This document shows, in pieces, positions 13,302 to 27,800 of a DNA stretch of 64,000 nt; within the stretch, counting starts at the first letter, position 1; every line of letters begins with the position of its first letter. The notes under the pieces are model-generated. The model worked only from the letters and a program-made list of their open reading frames with translations. It made no database searches and was not told the origin of the DNA. The translations under genes and the position numbers were made by a program. Source of the stretch: Antedon mediterranea (lineage: Eukaryota; Animalia; Echinodermata); contig NC_092677.1 in the NCBI RefSeq assembly GCF_964355755.1, positions 14,902,101-14,966,100 on the forward strand, written 5' to 3'.

Positions 13302-14331
13302 CAGGGCCTGAATTGTAGTATTAGCGGCTATTCAATACCTGAATCATCTGTTAAAATGTCATGTTTAACTAAATTTTTTTATTCCACACTTTCATTTCAA
13401 AAGATATAAATAATATAAACTGACATTTTCTGGTTTATTTTAACATTTGACTGAAAGTTATGTATCTTTCTCTACAGATGTTTGTGAAAAAATTATATAA
13501 GGATAAGGATATATCTAATATGTACAATTTGCTAACCACATATTGATTGTGTGTGTATTGTTCACCATCATCATGTAACATTTGCTATTGTTAAGCCACA
13601 TTGATATTATAATATGTATTGTGCATGTGAGGTTCAGTCTTAGAAGACGTCTATGGAAATGAACAAATCAATAATGCACAAACACAATGGTACTGTAAAT
13701 TGTAAAAAATGGATATGGATGTAAACATGTATTTTGCTTTTTGCATAGCTGGTTATGCAAGTTCTTCTGGAATTTCTGGCACTTTAACCTTTGAACCTTG
13801 GAAGCCCCCCTTTCTCCCAGCCTAAAGTTGCTCACTCCACTAGCAAAAACATAATAAAGTTACTGGATTTGTTCTTTAGTTCCCCTCACACCTTCTAAAT
13901 CAATTTTCTAGTTAACCCAGGATATTTTTTTTCTAGGAATTATATGTTATATATTTATATATATTATATATTTTAAGTTCTGGTGTCATAGAATAAAAAA
14001 TTACCATTTATAAAGACTCTGAAGCCATCTCTAAACACACAAAACTCATATTTAAGAACTATAGCATCATATTTTCTGTATTCCTTTAAGATTGGTAAGA
14101 TATATTCGTCATTAAATGTGTTATGCTGAATTATATACCACCATGGTAGTTAAAAAGCTTCTCTAGTTACAACCATTCTCTTCTGAGAATATCTGTTCTA
14201 ATATATTTCTTGACTGTGTCTTAAATGTTGCATAATCTCCAGGTCACTTTTAGTGATACGTTCGAACAAATGCATCAATTATTTATTATATTATTATCAT
14301 CATAACATAGAATCAATGTTTTTTCGACATA

Positions 14332-14700
14332 TTAAAGGTGTATTGTCCTCCTGAAAAAATAATTCTTAACATTTTTTGACTGAATATGCCATTTTACTGT
14401 CACATTAAATAGTTATCCGCTATGACCAAAAGTTGGATTGAAAAAAATGTATTTAACTGGAAAAAAACTGTAATTTAAAGCAAAAATCAGTCAAATTGGC
14501 TGCCAGCCAACAGGTTGTTTGTTGAATTTAACCATTTATTAAAGAATATCATTTTATGACTGAACAAATTATTATTTTTCTTTTTTTTTCTATAGAAGTG
14601 ATTAACTTTATTAAAACTACAAAATAACCTATAGTATTCAAAGTCTGATTTAATTAATCTTCATTTTTCAAGTTTTTGGGGGACAATACAATATCTTTAA
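14332..14700. mobile_element. TTAA-flanked MITE (Kolobok-like)
   Basis: ttaa-aggtgtattgtcctcc ... gggggacaatacaatatct-ttaa; same family at 42668-43013 and 61352-61644. Confidence 0.75.
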
Positions 14701-15007
14701 GCGACTCCCTTCTATTTTAGTTATATCATGGACGAATAATAACTAATTCCTCCATGGTTATATGAAGGAGCTGAATTATTAGCATTTCTTAACCAAGCAT
14801 TCCTCTCTCCAGACTAGACAATCACAATATGTTTGGTAACAGTTCCACTCAAAGAAACAGAAGTCTAAATATCATACAGTATTGAGTTAGGAAATAAAGA
14901 CTTTAGTATAAGAATTTTAAAGTCATACAATTGTCTCAAACATTCTGGGGTTCAGTTTCTTCAAATCAATAATCAAATTATCTATAATTCAAAGTGATTG
15001 GATTGTT

Positions 15008-15717
15008 AACAAGGCCAACAGCCATTAAGTCGCGTGCTACAATGCATAGTGATACCGGACCGACAGACAAACAGACCGACCGACAGACAGACCGACAGAC
15101 AGACGGACCGACCGACATAGTGAACTATACTGACCGAAATTACTGAAAATGTTTAAAAATGTTGAAATGTTTAAAAACATTTATATTTTTTTAATTTACA
15201 CGTGCGTAGCCTGTCACTTTTGACGTGCTCGTATAACGTAATTTAGAGTTGAAAAGTAAGTCAAGAAAACAGAAATCAGGCAAAAAGAGTGCGCAATAAC
15301 ATTTAACGCGAAGTGCGCGCGCAAAAATCTGCGCACTCATGGCAATTTTGTAAACGCTTAAAATTGCCTGAAACGTACTCTTATTTCATCGAAAATAAAT
15401 TTTGAAAATTTTAAGCGCGCGTACGCATGCGTTACATGCGCTACACACGTAATTGTATTGCCATATGATGATTTATGCCCTGAAATTTATGAGTACCAAA
15501 TTTTATTTAATTGTGATTCATGGTTGTTAAGATATGATTACAAACGTGATTTCGTTAAATCGTGCGTAGACCGCGTAATTTTTTATTGCGCACCGTGAAA
15601 ACATAACCACATCGATTCCTGGCCATAAGGAATATTCTGTGAAAAATTGACTTAGCTAGATTAAACTGATATCAAGATAAGGTCATAAAGCGATAAAACG
15701 CATAGTGATACCGGACC

Positions 15718-15756
<39 letters not shown>

Positions 15757-15825
15757 CGACAGACAGACAGACAGACCGACCGACCGACATAGTGAACTAT
15801 AGAGTCGCTTCCACGCGACTAAAAA
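15008..15825 (-). mobile_element. Long HINE (Helentron-associated element)
   Basis: Same termini as the short HINE (aacaaggccaacagcc ... gagtcgcttccacgcgactaaaaa), with two (GACA/GACC)n blocks around a ~580-bp core. Satellite resumes at 15826. Confidence 0.85.
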
Positions 15826-18800
15826 TGCTACCTTTAAGTAACAAAATGTAACAGCATCAGCTCTTCAGATTAAAATTAACACTGATGAATTTAGAAAAGG
15901 AAAGTAGCAATAAAAGAGAAGGAATTTGTAACAAATGGGTTAAAAAATATACTAAAAAAAGGTATTTCTTATTTTATTTAAAAAATCATGAGTCCTTAAT
16001 TGCCTAAGTCACACAGCTGACTTAGGCAGAAACACAAAAAACGATCTGAGCATGTGCAAATGTATATAAAAGCACTCAGATAATGTACAGAGGGCAGTAT
16101 AATGATATAAGAAGTGAGTTAGGCAGATCATAAATCAGCTCCCCTTAATTGCCTAAGTCACACAGCTGACTTAGGCAGAAACACAAAAAATATAGTATAT
16201 TGATATAAGCAGTGAGTTAGGCAGATCATAAGTCAGCTCTTCTTAATTGCCTAAGTCACACAGCTGACTTGGGCAGAAACACAAAAAATATAGTATATTG
16301 ATATAAGCAGCGAGTTAGGCAGAAAAACACAAAAAAATTTTGTCTTAGACAATTTTGTTATGAGGCTGTCGATATCATCTATATACAAAAAATCCTACCT
16401 TTAAGTAACAAAATTTAATAGCATCAGCTCTTCAGTTTAAAATTAACACTGATGAATTTAGAAAAGGATCGGAAAGTAGCAATAAAAGAGAAAAAATTTG
16501 TAACAAATGGGTTAGAAAATATACTATAAAAATGTATTTCTTATTTTATTTAAAAAATCATGAGTCCTTAATTGCCTAAGTCACACAGCTGACTTAGGCA
16601 GAAACACAAAAAAAACGATCTGAGCATGTGCAAATGTATATAAAAGCACTCAGATAATGTACAGAGGGCAGTATAATGATATAAGCAGTGAGTTAGGCAG
16701 ATCATAAGTCAGCTCTCCTTAATTGCCTAAGTCACACAGCTGACTTAGGCAGAAACACAAAAAATATAGTATATTGATATAAGCAGTGAGTTAGGCAGAT
16801 CATAAGTCAGCTCTCCTTAATTGCCTAAGTCACACAGCTGACTTGGGCAGAAACACAAAAAATATAGTATATTGATATAAGCAGTGAGTTAGGCAGAAAA
16901 ACAAAAACAAAATTATGTCTTAGACACCTTTGTTATGAGGCTGTCGATATCATCTATATACAAAAAATGCTACCTTTATGTAACAAAATTTAATAGCATC
17001 AGCTCTTCAGATTAAAATTAACACTGATGAATTTAGAAAAGGAAAGTAGCAATAAAAGAGAAAGAATTTGTAACAAATGGGTTAAAAAATATACTATAAA
17101 AATGTATTTCTTATTTTATTTAAAAAATTATGAGTCCTTAATTGCCTAAGTCACACAGCTGACTTAGGCAGAAACACAAAAAATGATCTGAGCATGTGCA
17201 AATGTATATAAAAGCACTCCGATAATGTACAGAGGGCAGTATAATGATATAAGCAGTGAGTTAGGCAGATCATAAGTCAGCTCCCCTTAATTGCCTAAGT
17301 CACACAGCTGACTTAGGCAGAAACACAAAAAATATAGTATATTGATATAAGCGGTGAGTTAGGCAGAAAAACAAAACAAAATTATGTCTTAGACACTTTT
17401 GTTATGAGGCTGTCGATATCATCTATATACAAACAAGGCCAACAGCCATTAAGTCGCGTGCTACAATGCATAGTTATACCGGACAGACAGACCGACAGAC
17501 AAACCGACAGACAGACCGACAGACAGACCGACAGACCGCCAGACAGACAGACCGACCGACCGACATAGTGAACTATACTGACCGAAATTACTGGACATGT
17601 TTAAAAATGTTGAAATGTTTAAAAACATTTATATTTTTTTAATTTACACGTGCGTAGCCTGTCACTTTCGACGTGCTCGTATAACGTAATTTCGAGTTGA
17701 AAAGTAAGTCAAGAAAACAGAAATCGGGCAAAAGGAGTGCGCAATAACATTTAACGCGCAGTGCGCGCGCAAAAATATGCGCACTCATGGCAATTTTGTA
17801 AACGCTTAAAATTGCCTGAAATGTACTCTTATTTCATCGAAAATAAATTTTGAAAATTTTAAGCGCGCGTACGCATGCGTTACATGCGCTACGCACGTAA
17901 TTGTATTGCCATATGATGATTTATGCCCTGAAATTTATGAGTATCAAAATTTATTTAATTGTGATTCATGGTTGTGAAGATATGATTACAAACGTGATTT
18001 CGTTAAATCGTGCGTAGACCGCGTAATTTTTTATTGCGCACCGTGAAAACATAACCGGACCACATTGATTCCTGGCCATAAGGAATATACTGTGAAAAAT
18101 TGACCTAGCTAGATTAAACTGATATCAAGATAAGGTCAGAAAGCGATAAAACGCATAGTAATACCGGACCGACAGACAGACAGACAGACCGACAGACAGA
18201 CCGACAGACAGACCGACCAACCGACCGACATAGTGAACTATAGAGTCGCTTCCACGCGACTAAAAATGTTACCTTTAAGTAACAAAATGTAACAGCATCA
18301 GCTCTTCAGATTAAAATTAACACTGATGAATTTAGAAAAGGAAAGTAGCAATAAAAGAGAAAGAATTTGTAACAACTGGGTTAAAAAATATACTATAAAA
18401 ATGTATTTCTTATTTTATTAAAAAAATCATGAGTCCTTAATTGCCTAAGTCACACAGCTGACTTAGGCAGAAACACAAAAAACGATCTGAGCATGTGCAA
18501 ATGTATATAAAAGCACTCCGATAATGTAAAGAGGGCAGTATAATGATATAAGCAGTGAGTTAGGCAGATCATAAGTCAGCTCTCCTTAATTGCCTAAGTC
18601 ACACAGCTGACTTGGGCAGAAACACAAAAAATATAGTATATTGATATAAGCAGTGAGTTAGGCAGAAAAACACAAAAAAATTATGTCTTAGACAATTTTG
18701 TTATGAGGCTGTCGATATCATCTATATACAAAAAATCCTACCTTTAAGTAACAAAATTTAATAGCATCAGCTCTTCAGATTAAAATTAACACTGATGAAT

Positions 18801-21800
18801 TTAGAAAAGTATCGGAAAGTAGCAATAAAAGAGAAAAAACTTGTAACAAATGGGTTAAAAAATAAACTATTAAAATGTATTTCTTATTTTATTTAAAAAA
18901 TCATGAATCCTTAATTGCCTAAGTCACACAGCTGACTTAGGCAGAAACACAAAAAAAACGATCTGAGCATGTGCAAATGTATAAAAAAGCACTCAGATAA
19001 TGTACAGAGGGCAGTATAATGATATAAGCAGCGAGTTAGGCAGATCATAAGTCAGCTCTCCTTAATTGCCTAAGTCACACAGCTGACTTAGGCAGAAACA
19101 CAAAAAATATAGTATATTGATATAAGCAGTGAGTTAGGCAGATCATAAGTCAGCTCTCCTTAATTGCCTAAGTCACACAGCTGACTTGGGCAGAAACACA
19201 AAAAATATAGTATTTTGATATAAGCAGTGAGTTAGGCAGATCATAAGTCAGCTCTCCTTAATTGCCTAAGTCACACAGCTGACTTGGCCAGAAACACACA
19301 AAATATAGTATATTGATATAAGCAGTGAGTTAGGCAGAAAAACAAAAACAAAATTATGTCTTAGACACCTTTGTTATGAGGCTGTCGATATCATCTATAT
19401 ACAAAAAAATGCTACCTTTATTTAACAAAATTTAATAGCATCAGCTCTTCAGATTAAAATTAACACTGATGAATTTAGAAAAGGAACGTAGCAATAAAAG
19501 AGAAAGAATTTGTAACAAATGGGTTAAAAAATATGCTATAAAAATGTATTTCTTATTTTATTTAAAAAAATCATGAGTCTCCTCTCCTTAATTGCCTAAG
19601 TCACAAAGCTGACTTAGGCAGAAACACAAAAAAACGATCTGAGCATGTGCAAATGTATATAAAAGCACTCAGATAATGTACAGAGGGCAGTATAATAATA
19701 TAAGCAGTGAGTTAGGCAGATCATAAGTCAGCTCCCCTTAATTGCCTAAGTCACACAGCTGACTTAGGCAGAAACACAAAAAATATAGTATATTGATATA
19801 AGCAGTGAGTTAGGCAGATCATAAGTCAGCTCTTCTTAATTGCCTAAGTCACACAGCTGACTTGGGCAGAAACACAAAAAATATAGTATATTGATATAAG
19901 CAGTGAGTTAGGCAGAAAAAAAAATTATGTCTTAGACACTTTTGTTATGAGGCTGTCGATATCATCTATATACAAAAAATGCTACCTTTAAGTAACAAAA
20001 TGTAACAGCATCAGCTCTTCAGATTAAAATTAACACTGATGAATTTAGAAAAGAAAAGTAGCAGTAAAAGAGAAAGAATTTTTAACAACTGGGTTAAAAA
20101 ATATACTATAAAAATGTATTTCTTATTTTATTTAAGAAATCATGAGTCCTTAATTGCCTAAGTCACACAGCTGACTTAGGCAGAAACACAAAAAACGATT
20201 TGAGCATGTTCATATGTATATAAAAGCACTCAGATAATGTACAGAGGGAAGTATAATGATATAAGCAGTGAGTTAGGCAGATCATAAATCAGCTCCCCTT
20301 AATTGCCTAAGTCACACAGCTGACTTGGGCAGAAACACAAAAAATATAGTATATTGATATAAGCAGTGGGTTAGGCAGAAAAACAAAAACAAAATTATGT
20401 CTTAGACACTTTTGTTATGAGGCTGTCGATATCATCTATATACAAAAAATGCTACCTTTATTTAACAAAATTTAATAGCATCAGCTCTTCAGATTAAAAT
20501 TAACACTGATGAATTTATAAAAGGAAAGTAGCAATAAAAGAGAAAGAATTTGTAACAAATGGGTTAAAAAATATACTATAAAAATGTATTTCTTATTTTA
20601 TTTAAGAAATCATGAGTCCTTAATTGCCTAAGTCACACAGCTGACTTAGGCAGAAACACAAAAAACGATCTGAGCATGTGCAAATGTATATAAAAGCACT
20701 CAGATAATGTACAGAGGGAAGTATAATGATATAAGCAGTGAGTTAGGCAGATCATAAATCAGCTCCCCTTAATTGCCTAAGTCACACAGCTGACAATTTT
20801 GTTATGAGGCTGTCGATATCATCTATATACAAAAAATCCTACCTTTAAGTAACAAAATTTAATAGCATCAACTCTTCAGTTTAAAATTAACACTGATGAA
20901 TTTAGAAAAGGATCGGAAAGTAGCAATAAAAGAGAAAAAATTTGTAACAAATGGGTTAAAAAATATACTATAAAAATGTATTTCTTATTTTATTTAAAAA
21001 ATCATGAGTCCTTGATTGCCTAAGTCACACAGCTGACTTAGGCAGAAACACAAAAAACGATCTGAGCATGTGCAAATGTATATAAAAGCACTCCGATAAT
21101 GTACAGAGGGCAGTATAATGATATAAGCAGTGAGTTAGGCAGATCATAAGTCAGCTCCCCTTAATTGCCTAAGTCACACAGCTGACTTAGGCAGAAACAC
21201 AAAGAATATAGTATATTGATATAAGCAGGGAGTTAGGCAGATCATAAGTCAGCTCTTCTTAATTGCCTAAGTCACACAGCTGACTTGGGCAGAAACACAA
21301 AAAATATAGTATATTGATATAAGCAGTGAGTTAGGCAGAAAAACAAAACGAAAATTATGTCTTAGACACTTTTGTTATGAGGCTGTCGATATCATCTATA
21401 TACAAAAAATGCTACCTTTAAGTAACAAAATGTAACAGCATCAGCTCTTCAGATTAAAATTAACACTGATGAATTTAGAAAAGGAAAGTAGCAATAAAAG
21501 AGAAAGAATTTGTAACAAATGGGTTAAAAAATATACTATAAAAATGTATTTCTTATTTTATTAAAAAAATCATGAGTCCTTAATTGCCTAAGTCACACAG
21601 CTGACTTAGGCAGAAACACAAAAAACGATCTGAGCATGTGCAAATGTATATAAAAGCACTCAGATAATGTACAGAGGGCAGTATAATGATATAAGCAGCG
21701 AGTTAGGCAGATCATAAATCAGCTCCCCTTAATTGCCTAAGTCACACAGCTGACATGGGCAGAAACACAAAAAAATATAGTATATTGATATAAGCAGTGA

Positions 21801-24800
21801 GTTAGGCAGAAAAACACAAAAAAATTATGTCTTAGACACTTTTGTTATGAGGCTGTCGATATCATCTATATACAAAAAATCCTACCTTTAAGTAACAAAA
21901 TGTAACAGCATCAGCTCTTCAGATTAAAATTAACACTGATGAATTTAGAAAAGGAAAGTAGCAATAAAAGAGAAAGAATTTGTAACAAATGGGTTAAAAA
22001 ATATACTAAAAAAATGTATTTCTTATTTTATTTAAAAAATCATGAGTCCTTAATTGCCTAAGTCACACAGCTGACTTAGGCAGAAACACAAAAAACGATC
22101 TGAGCATGTGCAAATGTATATAAAAGCACTCCGATAATGTACAGAGGGCAGTATAATGATATAAGCAGTGAGTTAGGCAGATCATAAATACGCTCCCCTT
22201 AATTGCCTAAGTCACACAGCTGACTTAGGCAGAAACACAAAAAATATAGTATATTGATATAAGCAGTGAGTTAGGCAGATCATAAGTCAGCTCTTCTTAA
22301 TTGCCTAAGTCACACAGCTGACTTGGGAAGAAACACAAAAAATATAGTATATTGATATAAGCAGTGAGTTAGGCAGAAAAACAAAAAAAAATTTTGTCTT
22401 AGACAATTTTGTTATGAGGCTGTCGATATCATCTATATACAAAAAATCCTACCTTTAAGTAACAAAATTTAATAGCATCAGCTCTTCAGTTTAAAATTAA
22501 CACTGATGAATTTAGAAAAGGATCGGAAAGTAGCAATAAAAGAGAAAAAATTTGTAACAAATGGGTTAAAAAATATACTATAAAAATGTATTTCTTATTT
22601 TATTTAAAAAATCATGAGTCCTTGATTGCCTAAGTCACACAGCTGACTTAGGCAGAAACACAAAAAACGATCTGAGCATGTGCAAATGTATATAAAAGCA
22701 CTCCGATAATGTACAGAGGGCAGTATAATGATATAAGCAGTGAGTTAGGCAGATCATAAGTCAGCTCCCCTTAATTGCCTAAGTCACACAGCTGACTTAG
22801 GCAGAAACACAAAGAATATAGTATATTGATATAAGCAGTGAGTTAGGCAGATCATAAGTCAGCTCTTCTTAATTGCCTAAGTCACACAGCTGACTTGGGC
22901 AGAAACACAAAAAATATAGTATATTGATATAAGCAGTGAGTTAGGCAGAAAAACAAAACGAAAATTATGTCTTAGACACTTTTGTTATGAGGCTGTCGAT
23001 ATCATCTATATACAAAAAATGCTACCTTTAAGTAACAAAATGTAACAGCATCAGCTCTTCAGATTAAAATTAACACTGATGAATTTAGAAAAGGAAAGTA
23101 GCAATAAAAGAGAAAGAATTTGTAACAAATGGGTTAAAAAATATACTATAAAAATGTATTTCTTATTTTATTAAAAAAATCATGAGTCCTTAATTGCCTA
23201 AGTCACACAGCTGACTTAGGCAGAAACACAAAAAACGATCTGAGCATGTGCAAATGTATATAAAAGCACTCCGATGATGTACAGAGGGCAGTATAATGAT
23301 ATAAGCAGTGAGTTAGGCAGATCATAAATCAGCTCCCCTTAATTGCCTAAGTCACACAGCTGACTTAGGCAGAAACACAAAAAATATAGTATATTGATAT
23401 AAGCAGTGAGTTAGGCAGAAAAACAAAACAAAAATTATGTCTTAGACACTTTTGTTATGAGGCTGTCGATATCATCTATATACAAAAAATGCTACCTTTA
23501 AGTAACAAAATGTAACAGCATCAGCTCTTCAGATTAAAATTAACACTGATGAATTTAGAAAAGGAAAGTAGCAATAAAAGAGAAAGAATTTGTAACAAAT
23601 GGGTTAAAAAATATACTATAAAAATGTATTTCTTATTTTATTAAAAAAATCATGAGTCCTTAATTGCCTAAGTCACACAGCTGACTTAGGCAGAAACACA
23701 AAAAACGATCTGAGCATGTGCAAATGTATATAAAAGCACTCAGATAATGTACAGAGGGCAGTATAATGATATAAGCAGCGAGTTAGGCAGATCATAAATC
23801 AGCTCCCCTTAATTGCCTAAGTCACACAGCTGACATGGGCAGAAACACAAAAAAATATAGTATATTGATATAAGCAGTGAGTTAGGCAGAAAAACACAAA
23901 AAAATTATGTCTTAGACACTTTTGTTATGAGGCTGTCGATATCATCTATTTACAAAAAATCCTACCTTTAAGTAACAAAATGTAACAGCATCAGCTCTTC
24001 AGATTAAAATTAACACTGATGAATTTAGAAAAGGAAAGTAGCAATAAAAGAGAAAGAATTTGTAACAAATGGGTTAAAAAATATACTAAAAAAATGTATT
24101 TCTTATTTTATTTAAAAAATCATGAGTCCTTAATTGCCTAAGTCACACAGCTGACTTAGGCAGAAACACAAAAAACGATCTGAGCATGTGCAAATGTATA
24201 TAAAAGCACTCCGATAATGTACAGAGGGCAGTATAATGATATAAGCAGTGAGTTAGGCAGATCATAAATACGCTCCCCTTAATTGCCTAAGTCACACAGC
24301 TGACTTAGGCAGAAACACAAAAAATATAGTATATTGATATAAGCAGTGAGTTAGGCAGATCATAAGTCAGCTCTTCTTAATTGCCTAAGTCACACAGCTG
24401 ACTTGGGAAGAAACACAAAAAATATAGTATATTGATATAAGCAGTAGGTTAGGCAGAAAAAAAAAAAAAAATGTTGTCTTAGACAATTTTGTTATGAGGC
24501 TGTCGATATCATCTATATACAAAAAATCCTACCTTTAAGTAACAAAATTTAATAGCATCAGCTCTTCAGTTTAAAATTAACACTGATGAATTTAGAAAAG
24601 GATCGGAAAGTAGCAATAAAAGAGAAAAAATTTGTAACAAATGGGTTAAAAAATATACTATAAAAATGTATTTCTTATTTTATTTAAAAAATCATGAGTC
24701 CTTGATTGCCTAAGTCACACAGCTGACTTAGGCAGAAACACAAAAAACGATCTGAGCATGTGCAAATGTATATAAAAGCACTCCGATAATGTACAGAGGG

Positions 24801-27800
24801 CAGTATAATGATATAAGCAGTGAGTTAGGCAGATCATAAGTCAGCTCCCCTTAATTGCCTAAGTCACACAGCTGACTTAGGCAGAAACACAAAGAATATA
24901 GTATATTGATATAAGCAGGGAGTTAGGCAGATCATAAGTCAGCTCTTCTTAATTGCCTAAGTCACACAGCTGACTTGGGCAGAAACACAAAAAATATAGT
25001 ATATTGATATAAGCAGTGAGTTAGGCAGAAAAACAAAACGAAAATTATGTCTTAGACACTTTTGTTATGAGGCTGTCGATATCATCTATATACAAAAAAT
25101 GCTACCTTTAAGTAACAAAATGTAACAGCATCAGCTCTTCAGATTAAAATTAACACTGATGAATTTAGAAAAGGAAAGTAGCAATAAAAGAGAAAGAATT
25201 TGTAACAAATGGGTTAAAAAATATACTATAAAAATGTATTTCTTATTTTATTAAAAAAATCATGAGTTCTTAATTGCCTAAGTCACACAGCTGACTTAGG
25301 CAGAAACACAAAAAACGATCTGAGCATGTGCAAATGTATATAAAAGCACTCAGATAATGTACAGAGGGCAGTATAATGATATAAGCAGCGAGTTAGGCAG
25401 ATCATAAGTCAGCTCTTCTTAATTGCCTAAGTCACACAGCTGACTTAGGCAGAAACACAAAAAATATAGTATATTGATATAAGCAGTGAGTTAGGCAGAT
25501 CATAAGTCAGCTCTCCTTAATTGCCTAAGTCACACAGCTGACTTGGGCAGAAACACAAAAAATATAGTATATTGATATAAGCAGTGAGTTAGGCAGATCA
25601 TAAGTCAGCTCTCCTTAATTGCCTAAGTCACACAGCTGACTTGGGCAGAAACACACAAAATATAGTATATTGATATAAGCAGTGAGTTAGGCAGAAAAAC
25701 AAAAACAAAATTATGTCTTAGACACCTTTGTTATGAGGCTGTCAATATCATCTATATACAAAAAAATGCTACCTTTATTTAACAAAATTTAATAGCATCA
25801 GCTCTTCAGATTAAAATTAACACTGATGAATTTAGAAAAGGAAAGTAGCAATAAAAGAGAAAGAATTTGTAACAAATGGGTTAAAAAATATACTATAAAA
25901 ATGTATTTCTTATTTTATTTAAGAAATCATTAGTCCTTAATTGCCTAAGTCACACAGCTGACTTAGGCAGAAACACAAAAAACGATCTGAGCATGTGCAA
26001 ATGTATATAAAAGCACTCAGATAATGTACAGAGGGAAGTATAATGATATAAGCAGTGAGTTAGGCAGATCATAAATCAGCTCCCCTTAATTGCCTAAGTC
26101 ACACAGCTGACTTAGGCAGAAACACAAAAAATATAGTATATTGATATAAGCAGTGAGTTAGGCAGATCATAAGTCAGCTCTTCTTAATTGCCTAAGTCAC
26201 ACAGCTGACTTGGGCAGAAACACAAAAAATATAGTATATTGATATAAGCAGTGAGTTAGGCAGAAAAAAAAATTATGTCTTAGACACTTTTGTTATGAGG
26301 CTGTCGATATCATCTATATACAAAAAATGCTACCTTTAAGTAACAAAATGTAACAGCATCAGCTCTTCAGATTAAAATTAACACTGATGAATTTAGAAAA
26401 GGAAAGTAGCAGTAAAAGAGAAAGAATTTTAACAACTGGGTTAAAAAATATACTATAAAAATTTATTTCTTATTTTATTTAAAAAATCATGAGTCTTTAA
26501 TTGCCTAAGTCACACAGCTGACTTAGGCAGAAACACAAAAAACGATCTGAGCATGTGCAAATGTATATCAAATCACTCAGATAATGTACAGAGGGAAGTA
26601 TAATGATATAAGCAGTGAGTTAGGCAGATCATAAATCAGCTCCCCTTAATTGCCTAAGTCACACAGCTGACTTAGGCAGAAACACAAAAAATATAGTATA
26701 TTGATATAAGCAGTGAGTTAGGCAGATCATAAGTCAGCTCTTCTTAATTGCCTAAGTCACACAGCTGACTTGGGCAGAAACACAAAAAATATAGTATATT
26801 GATATAAGCAGTGAGTTAGGCAGAAAAACAAAAACAAAATTATGTCTTAGACACTTTTGTTATGAGGCTGTCGATATCATCTATATACAAAAAATGCTAC
26901 CTTTATTTAACAAAATTTAATAGCATCAGCTCTTCAGATTAAAATTAACACTGATGAATTTAGAAAAGGAAAGTAGCAATAAAAGAGAAAGAATTTGTAA
27001 CAAATGGGTTAAAAAATATACTATAAAAATGTATTTCTTATTTTATTAAAAAAATCATGAGTCCTTAATTGCCTAAGTCACACAGCTGACTTAGGCAGAA
27101 ACACAAAAAACGATCTGAGCATGTGCAAATGTATATAAAAGCACTCCGATGATGTACAGAGGGCAGTATAATGATATAAGCAGTGAGTTAGGCAGATCAT
27201 AAATCAGCTCCCCTTAATTGCCTAAGTCACACAGCTGACTTAGGCAGAAACACAAAAAATATAGTATATTGATATAAGCAGTGAGTTAGGCAGAAAAACA
27301 AAACAAAAATTATGTCTTAGACACTTTTGTTATGAGGCTGTCGATATCATCTATATACAAAAAATGCTACCTTTAAGTAACAAAATGTAACAGCATCAGC
27401 TCTTCAGATTAAAATTAACACTGATGAATTTAGAAAAGGAAAGTAGCAATAAAAGAGAAAGAATTTGTAACAAATGGGTTAAAAAATATACTATAAAAAT
27501 GTATTTCTTATTTTATTAAAAAAATCATGAGTCCTTAATTGCCTAAGTCACACAGCTGACTTAGGCAGAAACACAAAAAACGATCTGAGCATGTGCAAAT
27601 GTATATAAAAGCACTCAGATAATGTACAGAGGGCAGTATAATGATATAAGCAGCGAGTTAGGCAGATCATAAATCAGCTCCCCTTAATTGCCTAAGTCAC
27701 ACAGCTGACATGGGCAGAAACACAAAAAAATATAGTATATTGATATAAGCAGTGAGTTAGGCAGATCATAAGTCAGCTCTCCTTAATTGCCTAAGTCACA

